From Marsupella aquatica (lineage: Eukaryota; Plantae; Marchantiophyta): 64,000 bases of DNA. Position numbers and translations under genes: made by a program. Positions 12,059 to 23,158 of the stretch are shown piece after piece. Numbering within the stretch: position 1 is the stretch's first letter; each line of letters opens with the position of its first letter. The DNA lies in contig OZ316892.1 in the NCBI GenBank assembly GCA_973895155.1, positions 21,019,619-21,083,618 of the forward strand. Reading direction: 5' to 3'. The notes beneath the pieces are model-generated. The model ran no database searches and was not told where the DNA came from. It worked only from the letters and a program-made list of their open reading frames with translations.

Positions 12059-14442
12059 CTGTGGCGGATATGCTTCTTAGACGCCTTGGTACGTCAGTGT
12101 CGCTTCCGCCGTGGTGAAAATCCAGCTCTACCGTCCACGTTCTTCCTCTGCACCTTCGCTCTTATCATACGAATCGACGGGAAATCACTCGGTGTGAGCA
12201 TATCGTAGCATTCTTTTTAATCAAACTTTGGCGTCTTCCTGCTGTCACGCGATTGTCGGGGATGCAATAAAATACGACATCGATGGTGCTCTCATATCCT
12301 CCTCCTGGTTCTTTCTTCTTCCGACTGTCGTAACAGCCCTCGCGCTGAGTCTCCTTGTCGTACATGAATCATGTTTTTCTTTCTTACCCCTGGCTGACAC
12401 GAAATCGACGAGAATTAGCACTGAAATTCGTGAAAGTCTCCCACACGCGTCTCCATCTAATCCAATTATCAAAAATCTCTTCTAGTGGTTAGCAATTGAG
12501 GAAGAACATGGCATAAGGTGCTCCACTAAAACTCTGGTAAACTCCTGCTTCCTTCCTCTTCGTTCCTCTACCTTCCTTTCCCCTCAATCCCTGATACCGT
12601 ACTCTTGTTCACCTGTAAGGCTAAGGGTGTCCTCATGCTTGAGTCTTATTCCCTCTGATTAGGATTGAACCCGGACAAGCGTAAGCTCTTGTAAATGCAT
12701 GCAGCGCGCTTGTTCTCATCACGCACTCTCCCCAAGATTAGTCGTATGTCCAGTCAATCGAGTCCATAAGTTTCATCCGTCTATCTGTCAGTATTCGACT
12801 TTGACAAGCGCATGTACGATATCGTTAATGTGCTTCGGAAAATGGACCGGCCTTGCCACGAGGCTCTCTACAACATCGCCTGCGCTCAGCCAATTTCAAG
12901 TCCTGAAAAGCTACGGAATGGATTTGATCAACCTGGCGAACTTTGCCGGTGACAAGAAGTTCTGTGTAGGAAATCCACTTTAGCGCTTCACTAAAATCAG
13001 GGCGGACGGGTACACTACAGAACAAAATGTATGGTAGAAAAGACAGCGGAAGAAACGTCAGAAAACTTAGATCCTTCAATCGACAACAAGCTTGGAAAAA
13101 GTAACCAAACCTGGTTCAGGCAAGAAAGCACCAACTCGCCGCTCAACGCTCAACGCTCCCTATAGCACATCCTCTTCACTAGCTCGATAATCTTTTCGAT
13201 CTCGTTCTGACCTCGGAAAACGACTACTAATCGATATGTCGCATAATCACCATGGAAGCTGGCATCGTACATTCCTAACCTGTTGAATTTTCTCGGAGAC
13301 GAAGAGATTTAGGGTGGCATATCGTTTTTGCTAACGAGCAGAAATCATGGAATACAGTGGTAGGAAAAGTGGCTGCCGACTTGAAAGATGCAAGCTGCCG
13401 AGAAGGGAATGCACGGAGTAGAGACAAATCACGTCCGCAGGGATCTGGCCGACATCACAGCCACAGTAGACCACATTGCCCCGCCCTCCCCTGTGTCAAG
13501 AGGCTCTCATCTAATCTAATCTAACTAAAAATAACAGGCCAACTGGAGATTGTGGCAGCCACAATTGGAGACAAGAAAAAGGAAGGATTGAACGCCAATA
13601 AAGTTTTCACCAGACAAAAGGCTGCCGACCTCTCCTCCCTCTCTCTCGCTCCCCGGCTGGATCAGGACAAACCATCGCAACCGCTACTACTCGACGACCA
13701 TTAACCGCTGCCAGGAGGGCGGGCGGACGGACGGATGGTTATTAGTTGAACGAGCAGAAACCATTTTTGGAGAATCGTGCGTCTGGTCCCATCCCATCAC
13801 CTCTCCCAAGCCGGCCCCCTTTTCTTGTCGCAGTGCTTCTTGTCCATTCTCTATACGGTTCTCGTCGATGCAAACAAAGGAGTTGCAAGACCCTCCTCCT
13901 AGAATTCATTCAACCCGCGGATTATCAGGGCCGACATTATTATTCCGACAACGTCCCTCTCTGCATCCATTATTCCTCCTCCGTGCATCCGGTTCTCATT
14001 TACTCCTTCCATCCTTCCATTTCTTCCTTTCCTTCTTTCTCCCTCGTCTCGTCTCGTACTCTCTCGACTCGACGCGACTCTCGAGCTCTCTCTCTAGCTC
14101 GCCAAGCCCAAGCCCAAGCTCGCTCGCTCGCTCGCTCGTCGCGAGGCAACGCGTTGAAGGCGCGTTCTCGAGAGCATGGAAGGAAGCAAAAGAGGACGGG
14201 CGAGCTGGCACCGGGCGCATTTCTTGGTCCACGTTCATCACCTCTCTCGTGTGCAGTCAAAGCCATGCTTTCCATGCACCAGTAAAACAACTGCCACTGC
14301 TCCACTCCCTTCGTCCCTCTCTTCATTCCCTCCCCCTCTCCCAGGCTCCCAAGCCCCCACGAAAACGCCACCACACCCTCTGCCCTACTCGACCTCTCAC
14401 CCCCCCCTCTCGCGAAGCACATACGGCACCAGCCGCAGTCGC

Positions 14443-14740
14443 ACCGTGGTCAAGGTCCGAGGCTCCACGCCCTTCCCGGTTGGAGGCTCTTTCCTTTACC
14501 GCAGTCACTCACTTTGACCCTGGTCAAGGTCCGGGGCTCCACGCCCTTCCCGGTTCGGCGCTCTTTCCTTCACCGCTGTCACTCACTTTGACCGTGGTCA
14601 ATGTCTGGGGCACCACGCCCTTCCCGGTTCGGTGCTGTTTCCTTTACCGCAGTCACTCTCTTTGACCGTGGTCAAGGTCGGAGCTCGGTCCTTTACCGCA
14701 GTCACTCACTTTGACCATGCTTAAGCTACGGGGCTCCAGA
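14443..14740. repeat. 74-bp tandem repeat (3 full copies plus partial copies) carrying the palindrome TTGACC-nn-GGTCAA
   Basis: ggtcaa recurs at 14448, 14522, 14596 and 14670 (period 74). A degenerate copy lies near 14945-14980. Confidence 0.85.
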
Positions 14741-16329
14741 CCATTTAGTCGTGAAAAGTAGTTAGATTCCACCTTTCCAAGTCACTTTCTACTAAAATTA
14801 GCTAGTTACTCTCAGTCCCATTATCCAGAATTTAACGGTAATGCTTAAATTTAGGAGATCTAAAAGGAAAAAATTAGTTTCAGCATCTTTTATTCACAAG
14901 AAAAACCTTAAATATTACACTCCTCCAGACCCTTCCAGTTCCGGCCCTCTTCGCAGTCACACATTTGACCCTGCTCAAACTACTTTACCTCCAGGGGTAA
15001 TCTCTTATCCCGAGACCGACAGTAACAAGCGTCAGATGCTGTCAAAACATTATTATAAACTCTAGATATATTATTAGTTCAGTTTATTATTGTGACCAGA
15101 TAGTTTCGGTCGGTCATGATCTGGTATAATATAAGTATAGTATTTTCGTTGGGATTCTCGGAAAGCAAAAGGTACTGGTACACGGTAACTTTTACTGTCT
15201 GGTACACCGTTAATAACAGAAACCGAAACTACCAATATGGTATTTGGACAGCTTCATTGATGATCCTTGCTCTGGGTGCAGGGTATCGAACTGCCGTGGA
15301 GCACAGTACGACGTCCACGGTAAGCGTCCACCAAGCCCGCTCCAGAAAGTTTAATTATTTGTTTATTTGCCTTTTCATATTTACTTCCCTCGACAACTGC
15401 ATTTATGCTTTATACTAGAGTGTTCGGCTGGAAGCTAGAAGAGAACAGGATCTCCTGTTTTGTAAGAATCCAACTTTTCATATGATCTTCCAGAAATTCA
15501 TTTTTTTACTAGGATGGCAAGAATTCGTCTCCTTTAAATAAGAATTCAAATTTTCATAGGATCTTTCAGATACTCATTTTGACTAGAATGGCATCGATAA
15601 TACTCATAGTCGTACATAACGTAAGAGCGTGTTGCGATCCAGTGTTCTCTCTCTACCGGTGTGTATGGACTGTAGTTTCTTTGACTTTCTATTTGTCCAT
15701 GTTGTCCACTGTTTCATGTACGAGTTGGTGCCTTGGTATGTGGTTATTGTGTTGTTGTTTTCGTCTTCAATTGAGTTTTTGTGGCCCTCTTGATTTGGCC
15801 CAATACTACTGCTCGTATTTTTTTAAACTCATCCAAGTGTGTGGTCCAACTACACAGCCCTCTCACTCTGGCCTGGTTTTCCTTTTGTCGCAGAAGACAA
15901 AAATGTAAATAACTCATAAGTTGCTTGGTCGATTTGAACTCACTGAACCCATTGTAGAGCCAAAGATACCCTTCTCCACACCTCTACCAAAAGAAGCCAG
16001 TGACGACCAAAACAGGGGGATGAGATTGTCTCTTTATACACCAAACTGCACAGGTTGGAAACTGCCAGAAAAGGGTCAGCCCAAAGATGACTAGCAAGGC
16101 CCACACAAGGAGACGGAGCCAAAACCCAACGAGATAGCAAAAGTAACAAGGTATTGCATTTTGTGAGCATTAGCAGACCAAAAAGAAACACTTTGATTGC
16201 TTAATTAGAAAAAACAATATTCCTTTACCCAATATCTACAGTAGCACAAAGGTATACGCAAGTTGCAACCATCACGATCATCTGCACCTTTGCATGATAT
16301 TTCCTTAATTGTCACTCAATTAGTTCAGG

Positions 16330-16507
16330 TGTCGTGACATATAGTATCGTAGCCATAGTGTATCGAAAACATACAAGTCACCAGCAATGCATATGTGCAA
16401 GCTGCTAGCAACCAACATGCATGTAGAAAAAGTCCAATCACATTCACAAGTGCCAAGAAAAAGCAACTGAGGTGGTATGTACGTAGTGGAGGTGTAAACC
16501 TCTATAT
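16330..16507 (-). repeat. Split repeat A (178 bp), terminal copy
   Basis: Direct repeat of 16870-17047 (offset 540); about 5 mismatches, all transitions. Confidence 0.92.
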
Positions 16508-16867
16508 ATAAAAGGCGTAAGAGAAACAATTGTACTGAAATCGAATCAAAAACCGGTAGGATGCCAAGATCGGCCGGGGGCATCTAACGAATCACTGTGT
16601 GAATCCCGTGTACGGAACCGACGAGCACTGTCTGAGCTCTGTCAACAGCGATTCAAGAAGAACTGAAAAACCAACAAAGAGAAACACACCCTAAGTAGAT
16701 CAAGTCAAGGCGTCACACTAACAAGCACGTTTTGCTTCAAGACCGGCCTAGACTTGCTACAAGAACATGACACTAACTCAAGTAGTACACTAGCCCTAAC
16801 TACATACCTAGCGGGCATGCGAGGGACATGCCGATGTGCACAAGCGGCACTGTCCCTCGGCATGACA
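16508..16867 (-). repeat. Split repeat B (360 bp), internal copy
   Basis: Direct repeat of 25937-26296 with about 9 mismatches; ends in CATGACA. Confidence 0.93.
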
Positions 16868-16869
16868 GC

Positions 16870-17047
16870 TGTCGTGATATATAGTATCGTAGCCATAGTG
16901 TATCAAAAACATACAAGTCACCAACAATGCATATGTGCAAGCTGCTAGCAACCAACATGCATATAGAAAAAGTCCAATCACATTCACAAGTGCCAAGAAA
17001 AAGCAACTGAGGTGGTATGTACGTAGTGGAGGTGTAAACCTTTATAT
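16870..17047 (-). repeat. Split repeat A' (178 bp), internal copy abutting the PPT
   Basis: Starts TGTCGTGA two bases (gc) after the CATGACA end of B; matches 16330-16507. Confidence 0.92.
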
Positions 17048-17054
17048 CCCCCCC
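17048..17054 (-). other. Polypurine tract (plus-strand primer) candidate
   Basis: G7 run on the minus strand ~30 bp after the pol stop codon and immediately before A'. Confidence 0.7.
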
Positions 17055-17086
17055 AGACCACAGCCAAAAGGAGGGCTGAAGAAAAG

Positions 17087-17230
17087 TCAGGTAGCACAGG
17101 AAGGGCAAAACCATAACCCTTCTGGCACCTGGGTAAGTTCAGGCCGAAGGCAGAAATGATGGTACCCTCCATTGCAATTATCACACAGCAGCATCTGGTT
17201 AGCATCGTCAATTTGCAAACACACTTTGCA
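17087..17230 (-). CDS. C-terminal PHD finger (C4HC3) of the integrase
   Basis: CKVC-x8-LCDNC-x4-HHFC-x11-WFCPSC followed shortly by the stop codon. Confidence 0.9.
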   Translation of the reverse strand, partial: CKVCLQIDDANQMLLCDNCNGGYHHFCLRPELTQVPEGLWFCPSCAT

Positions 17231-17499
17231 AGGGTAGTCCACAGGTGGAATCCAGGTAGAAGTCACAATGGTGGGATCCAAGTTAGGCAGATGACAAGGA
17301 GCACAATTCTTGGCATTGTCAGCAATTGTGCGCCCATCTGCCCCTTGTAACTCTAGCACTCCAGACGGTCGAATAGCTTTAACCCTGAGAATAGTACAAC
17401 TGGTAGAGGTGTCCAGGGTGTCGTTAGCTTGCCGCTGCAAGTACACAAAATCTCCCACATCAAACTTCCTGACCTTGGGCTTAAAAGTGCCCCCTCGTG

Positions 17500-18420
17500 T
17501 GTGTGTGCATAACACAGTGTGTCCCTGTGTTGTGCAATGGCCAAATTCTCCATGGCCATGGGCATAACCCTCCTAAATAGGGCAGCCCTCTCAGAGATCA
17601 CATCAGACCAAGTCACAGCTGAATCCAAGTCCACCACCTGAAGCATGTGAGCAGCAATAGCAGAAGGTGGAACTGGGTGACGACCAAACAACAAGAAGTA
17701 GGGAGAAAAGTTAGACAGTGATGCATGTCTGGACATCCTATACCCCATGGCAATGTAGGGTAAGGCCAGGTCCCAATCCTCCTTGTTTTTGGTGAGGCAG
17801 ATCTTCCGGAGGCCCTTCTTGCATGTCTGAACCATGCGCTCTGCCAAGCCATCTGCCTGTGGGTGATCTCGTGATGTCCGGCGATGATCAATGAGGGCCT
17901 GATCAAGCAGCTCCTGGAACTCTCCTCTGAATTCTGATCCCTGGTCAGTGAGACATTCTGCACAAGCTCCAAAGCGGTTGAGAACTTGTTGAAGGAATGC
18001 CTGGCTGGTGCTACGGGAGGTCTTATCTGGCAATATCACAAGTTCTATCCACTTGGAGAAATGCTCTATCATGATCATGATGTAGAGATTACCCCGAGAT
18101 GTGAGGGGTAATTCTCCAGCCAAATCACATGACCAACGATAAAACATGCCCTGAATAGGGAGTGGATGAAGTGTGGGTTGCCGAGATATGAAAGAAGTCC
18201 TTACCCTATCACACTGTTCACACCGGGCAATAACATCTTGAACCTGGCCATGCATGCCTCTCCAATGATAATGAGGGACCAAGAGGCTGTAAGTCCTCTT
18301 AACGCCAAAATGACCAAGCTCATAATGTACCTTACAGATAAGGCCAACCCTCTCATGAATGGGTGGAACCACCACTTCCCTGTCTGGCAAGCAGTGCACG
18401 AGATGATCTCCCTTCCACAA
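17500..18420 (-). CDS. Integrase (H2C2 zinc finger + DDE core) portion of pol
   Basis: HYELGH...CEQC; catalytic DLAG / TDQGSEF / AERMVQT; SPYFLLFGRHP. Confidence 0.93.
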
Positions 18421-18438
18421 GTAACGCTTGGACCTTTG

Positions 18439-20145
18439 CTAAATTCGGTCTCTCTGGGTTGCAATAACATGTACGGGGTACTCCCCATGCTGCAAAAATC
18501 TCAGAGTGTCATTGTCCTCCCATATGTCCACCACAGGTTGGTCAACAACGTAGCATGGCAGCAAAGCAAGATAGGTAGATGCATGAAATGTGGGCAGGAT
18601 GGAAACCTGGTCAAAATCCTGCCATGCATCTAAGGAATCATCAGAGGCAATCAAAGGGCTACGGGACATAGTGTCAGCATTTTGATGTGTCACACCAGGC
18701 CTATGAATTACCTCAAAATCATACTCCTGGAATATGAGCGCCCAACGAGCAAGCTTGCCAGTAAGGTTGTCGTTGGTCATCAACCACTTCAAGGGTTGGT
18801 GGTCGATGTAGAGAACAAACCTGGTCCCATAGAGGTAGGGCCTGTAATGTATGACAACCCACACAACAGCAAGGCATTCACCCTCATACGAAGAATAATG
18901 ACTCTCTACCTGATTGTTGCTCCTGGATGCATAGGCAATGACGTACTCTTTACCTTCCTCATCATGCTGGCCTAGAATGGCACCAATCCCAAGGGCACTC
19001 CAATCTGTGTGTAGCACAAAGACCTTGCTGAAATCAGGTCTTCTCAACACCGGGTATTCTGAGAGCTTCTCCTTCAAAGTGGCAAATGTTGCCTCAGCAT
19101 CTGTACTCCATGTCCAAGTCACATTCTTTTTCAACAAAGCATACAATGGGTGTGCAATGGTGCTGAAATCTTTGATGTAAATCCGGTAGTAATTGCACAA
19201 CCCAATAAAACTCCTCAAAGTGTGAACATCGGTAGGAGTGGGCATTTCCAAGATGGATACCACCTTGGCCCAGTGAGCCATGGTTCCATTTGGAAGAATG
19301 CAGTGCCCAAGGTATACTACTGATCTGACAACAAATTCACACTTCTTGGGGTGTATCTTTAGGTTCACCTTCTTAAGCCTCATGAATAGCTCCTCGAGGT
19401 CAAGTAGATGCTGGTCAAATCCTTTGTTGTGGACCAACACATCATCAATGTAGCATTTCAGAAACTCAGCACCTTGAAGAACCTGGTCCATGACTCTTTG
19501 AAAGAATATGGGCGCATTCTTCAAGCCAAATGGCATCACCAACCACTCCCATAGTTGGTTACTACCATGGAAAGTTGTTTTCTTGCGGTCCTTTGCAAGC
19601 AACAAAATCTGGTTAAAGCCTTGCCTTAGATCCACATGAGTGAAGATGTCTGAGTCTCCAATGCTGTCAAATAGCTCCTCTGGCTGTGGCATGGGGTACC
19701 TATCCTGGGGTGTGACCAGGTTCAATGGCCTGTAGTCCCCACACATGCGCTTCTCTGTCCACAATCCACTGGAATCCTTCTTTGCTGGCATCACTGTAGC
19801 TGCTGCAAAATCTGATGTAGATGGCTGAATAAGACCAGCTTCATATAACTCTTGGCACCTCTCATCCACCAGCTGCCACTCATGCTTACTCAAACGATGT
19901 CTCCGCCTGAAGATAGGTGTTTCCTCAGCCAACTCAATGGAGAACTGCATGGTCTTGCACTTACCCAAGTCCTTCATAGAGAAAGCAAACACGTTCTCAT
20001 GCTTGAGGAGCAAATTCAGCAGCTGGTCCTTCTGTCTTTTACTCAGGTGGTTGCCCATGATGAACATGTAGTTGGCAACACTAGGAATAGGACCTGATGT
20101 ACTCGTGCTTGAAGAGCCAGAAGTGCTAGCCTCCCCACTGTCCAA
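18439..20145 (-). CDS. Reverse transcriptase + RNase H portion of pol
   Basis: RT: CGDYRPLN, DLRQGFNQI, MPFGLKNAP, YIDD, KKCEF, YLGH. RNase H: TDWS, SSYEGECLA, DHQPL, NADTMSR. Confidence 0.95.
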   Translation of the reverse strand: MDSGEASTSGSSSTSTSGPIPSVANYMFIMGNHLSKRQKDQLLNLLLKHENVFAFSMKDLGKCKTMQFSIELAEETPIFRRRHRLSKHEWQLVDERCQELYEAGLIQPSTSDFAAATVMPAKKDSSGLWTEKRMCGDYRPLNLVTPQDRYPMPQPEELFDSIGDSDIFTHVDLRQGFNQILLLAKDRKKTTFHGSNQLWEWLVMPFGLKNAPIFFQRVMDQVLQGAEFLKCYIDDVLVHNKGFDQHLLDLEELFMRLKKVNLKIHPKKCEFVVRSVVYLGHCILPNGTMAHWAKVVSILEMPTPTDVHTLRSFIGLCNYYRIYIKDFSTIAHPLYALLKKNVTWTWSTDAEATFATLKEKLSEYPVLRRPDFSKVFVLHTDWSALGIGAILGQHDEEGKEYVIAYASRSNNQVESHYSSYEGECLAVVWVVIHYRPYLYGTRFVLYIDHQPLKWLMTNDNLTGKLARWALIFQEYDFEVIHRPGVTHQNADTMSRSPLIASDDSLDAWQDFDQVSILPTFHASTYLALLPCYVVDQPVVDIWEDNDTLRFLQHGEYPVHVIATQRDRI

Positions 20146-20399
20146 GTTGCTAGCATGCTACTGATAAGGTGATGAGGCCTCTCCAAGGCCTGTTGTATCT
20201 GTTGCTCTGGTCTGATCCACACCATGAAACTCAGAAATAATATCAGCCACGTTACAAGGGACCTCCTCCCCCCCAACACTTGGACTGAAGCGGTGAGTGT
20301 TGAATAGAGGTAAGTGCACTTGGTCTGGATGCCATGGAGCAGCACCATGGAGTGGTAGGGCTGGAACTCCTGATGCTGGATGAATGTACATCTAAAAAA

Positions 20400-21355
20400 G
20401 GATGCAGGTGACCAGAAGCCAAGTGAGAGCATTAAGATCCATTACCCTGCCAAGTAAAGCATTCCTGGCCAACTTGGTGATTTTGGTGTGGCATGTAGTA
20501 CCGGGTTGGAAGCCCATAGCCCGTTCTCTCTCCTCAGGAATAGGTTCATCCCATGTACCGGTAGAATGTCGGTAAACCAGGCCAGGACCATCACCCTGAA
20601 AAGCATGTGCACCTGGAAAGGACACAAATGTAGGCCAAGCAGCACGGGGCTGTCCAATGGTATTGGCTGGATACCAAGGTGCTGGCTCTTGCCGTGTAGC
20701 TAGTTGGCAAGAACTGTCAGGATCCAAAATCTGGTCCACTGTGAGGTTAGTGTCCCTGGATGTGTGGTGAAGAGCTAACTCCAACAAGGAAGGTGGTGCA
20801 AGGTTAGTCCAAAAGTTACGAAGACAATGTGCATAAGAACCACAGTGCACTGCATCAATGAGAAGGGGTGGTCCCAAGTAGTGCTGGACCACACTAAAAT
20901 CCTCTTTGACCTGTGGTCGCTGGTCAAACTGAGATGGAGTATTCTCAATGATATAACCAACAGCAGGATAATGGGATTGAGCCCAGGTGAGAATCTGAAC
21001 CAATGTTGTGAAAAGGCCAGAACGAGAATCATGCAGTCCAGCACCAGGACCAGCAGCTAAAAACCCTTTGGCATTCCCAACCAGCTATGATCAAATCAAG
21101 GGAGCCAAGAAGGGTTAAGTGCCGGTGCTGGACAAGCTGGATATCTGGAGGAAAGAAAGAAAATGTAGACTTCCATGCACTGTGTGGAAACTGCTGAGGA
21201 AATCGCTCTGAAAATTCCAGCAGACGGGATTCAGCCACTTGCCTTGCACCTGGATCAATATCCACATAGATGTACTACTTCACCACCATGCCAGATTGTA
21301 GGAGAGCTTCCAGACCTGTAGAAATGCCACCAAAAAGCTCAAGCAATGTAAGGCC
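20400..21355 (-). CDS. C5 cytosine DNA methyltransferase domain, DNMT3-like (one stop, one frameshift)
   Basis: Motifs in canonical order: I LLELFGGI; II YVDID; IV LDLIIAGWECQ(GF); VI GYIIENT; VIII YAHCLRNFWTNL; IX ERERAMGF; X RNALLG. Confidence 0.88.
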
Positions 21356-21689
21356 ATCCGGAGCAGGAGTCCATGTAACTGGTGCGCTCAAGATTGGGGC
21401 TATTGGCTGTCCATTGTGCTGCCCAAGGTCTTCAAACTTGCGCAATGCAGCCACCAAAGGTCCATGGGCTGCTTGGAGCCGTTGTACCACCTCTGGTTGA
21501 TGATCCATGTTGCTGGAAAGTGTTGCTATACGTGCAGCAGCATGTGCAGCAGCCACCTCATCGTCATCCTCCTCAATCCAATCTTGCAATGGGTGGTTGA
21601 CATAGGTAGCTGTGTGCACTGCTTTCAACACACAGTGGTGAGCCATAGGTGTATGGGCACCATGCAAATCAAGTGGAATGTAGCCCAAG

Positions 21690-22060
21690 TGTGAGCCATC
21701 AGTATGCCAATCAACTCTGTAGTATGCATGCTCATGCCAGTTGTCAATGGTAAAACCTGGTGGGAACAAAGCCTCCTGGCCAATGAGCACATCATACGTA
21801 GTGGCATTGGTAACCAAACATCTGACTGGGAAATGTAGTTCCTGATCTATACCGCCATTAAAAGTGAGAGTGAGTAAAGTAGAACTCTCACCCAGCACAT
21901 CCTCCACAGTGCCACTAGCAGTCCGAATGTGCCACTTGGATTGCTGTAAATGATCAGTCAACAGTCCCATCTTCTTGGCAAACCGAATGCCCAATATCAC
22001 TGGTTGAGCACCTGTGTCTAGCATGACCACCTGAGGAGTGTGACCCTCCAACTTGACCAC
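21690..22060 (-). CDS. Retropepsin-like aspartic protease domain (boundaries approximate)
   Basis: VMLDTGAQPV active site and downstream YDVLIG motif. Confidence 0.85.
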
Positions 22061-23158
22061 TGAATTCCTGTTGTCAACAATGGCAATGGTGGTGGAAACT
22101 GAAGTCCTGTCACTAGGCACCACTCTTGGCAAATGATGAGGTACCTTGTGAAGGGAGTTAGTGTCCACGGTCTTTCCACTCAACAACATAGCCAGGAAAG
22201 ATGGAGCAGCATGACCAGAATCAAGTGTAGCTCTGGTCACACAATCAGTAGCAATCGGTACTGGGGCAGCCAAACCAGTGCAAACATGTAAAGGAGAAGA
22301 AGAAGGTCCAGTATGTACATGAGATTGGACCTCCAAAACCGGTGTCACATGGGCTGATGAAGAATGTAGTGAACCCTCTAGCGCCCTGAGGACAGCTCTA
22401 GCATCTAGCTGTAAATCATGGCAACTGAAAAGTGGAGTTGTAAGAATCTTTTGTGCCATACCGGAGGTGAAATGCTCAAGCAGCTCAGGAGAAACAACTC
22501 CCTGTGAAATGTCAGCAGCACCTGGTGGTGGAATGGATGTAGTTGCAGCTCCCTCCCCCCTCGCCAACAAGGTGCGCTCTTCAGCAAGTGTGAGGGGCTG
22601 AAAAGATTGGGGCAAGACAGCCCGAGCTTCCTTGGCTCTAGTCATAGGACCAGCAGCAAGACCATCAGCCTGTACAATGCGGCGCATGGGAGCAATACGG
22701 GAGGCAGCACTGGCCTGCTGGTAAGAAAAATAGGAAGGGCATAATGAATCTGAAAGTTCTGCTGTAAGGCCAGACTATGGAGCAGAGGATAGCACACACT
22801 CACCCATATGAGCATCAAATGGTAAGCCATAGAAAGAGCAGGGTAGAGGTGCTGAACTGTCAGTGGTGCCTGGGCCAGGGATGGGTTGCACATGACCAGC
22901 CGGTTGAGAAGGACCAGCAAAGGCAGTTGACTTGCCTTTGATGTTGGCAAGTTGGGCACGTAGGGACTCAACCTCATTAGTTAGAGATTGGAGTTGAGTT
23001 GCCTGTGCGTTGTGAGCCTCCTTCTGAGCTGGTTGCTTCTGATGCTGCTTGGGCGGTTTGTTGGCACTGGATGCTTTGCCACTGGAAGGAGGAGCAGTTG
23101 ATGCAGTAGGAGCCCTCCTAGCTAGTGGGGGAGTGGAAGCAAGAGCAGGAGGAGGGGC

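Noticed and set aside
13746-14665. 179-aa and 265-aa ORFs
   Set aside because: Low-complexity translations of microsatellites and the 74-bp repeat; no domain motifs.
14443-14740. CRISPR-like array (palindromic repeats)
   Set aside because: Whole units are repeated with no unique spacers, there are no cas genes, and the context is eukaryotic.
16330-16867. Treating A+B (TG...CA, 538 bp) and 25767-26296 (TG...CA) as a normal LTR pair
   Set aside because: Only the 360-bp B part is shared; 25767-25936 is unrelated to A. The PPT and PBS candidates do not abut these boundaries.
21060-21070. Programmed ribosomal frameshift inside the DNMT or at the CA run (~17500)
   Set aside because: Both shifts fall mid-domain at short runs or microsatellites in a copy that also has six stops; decay is the simpler explanation.
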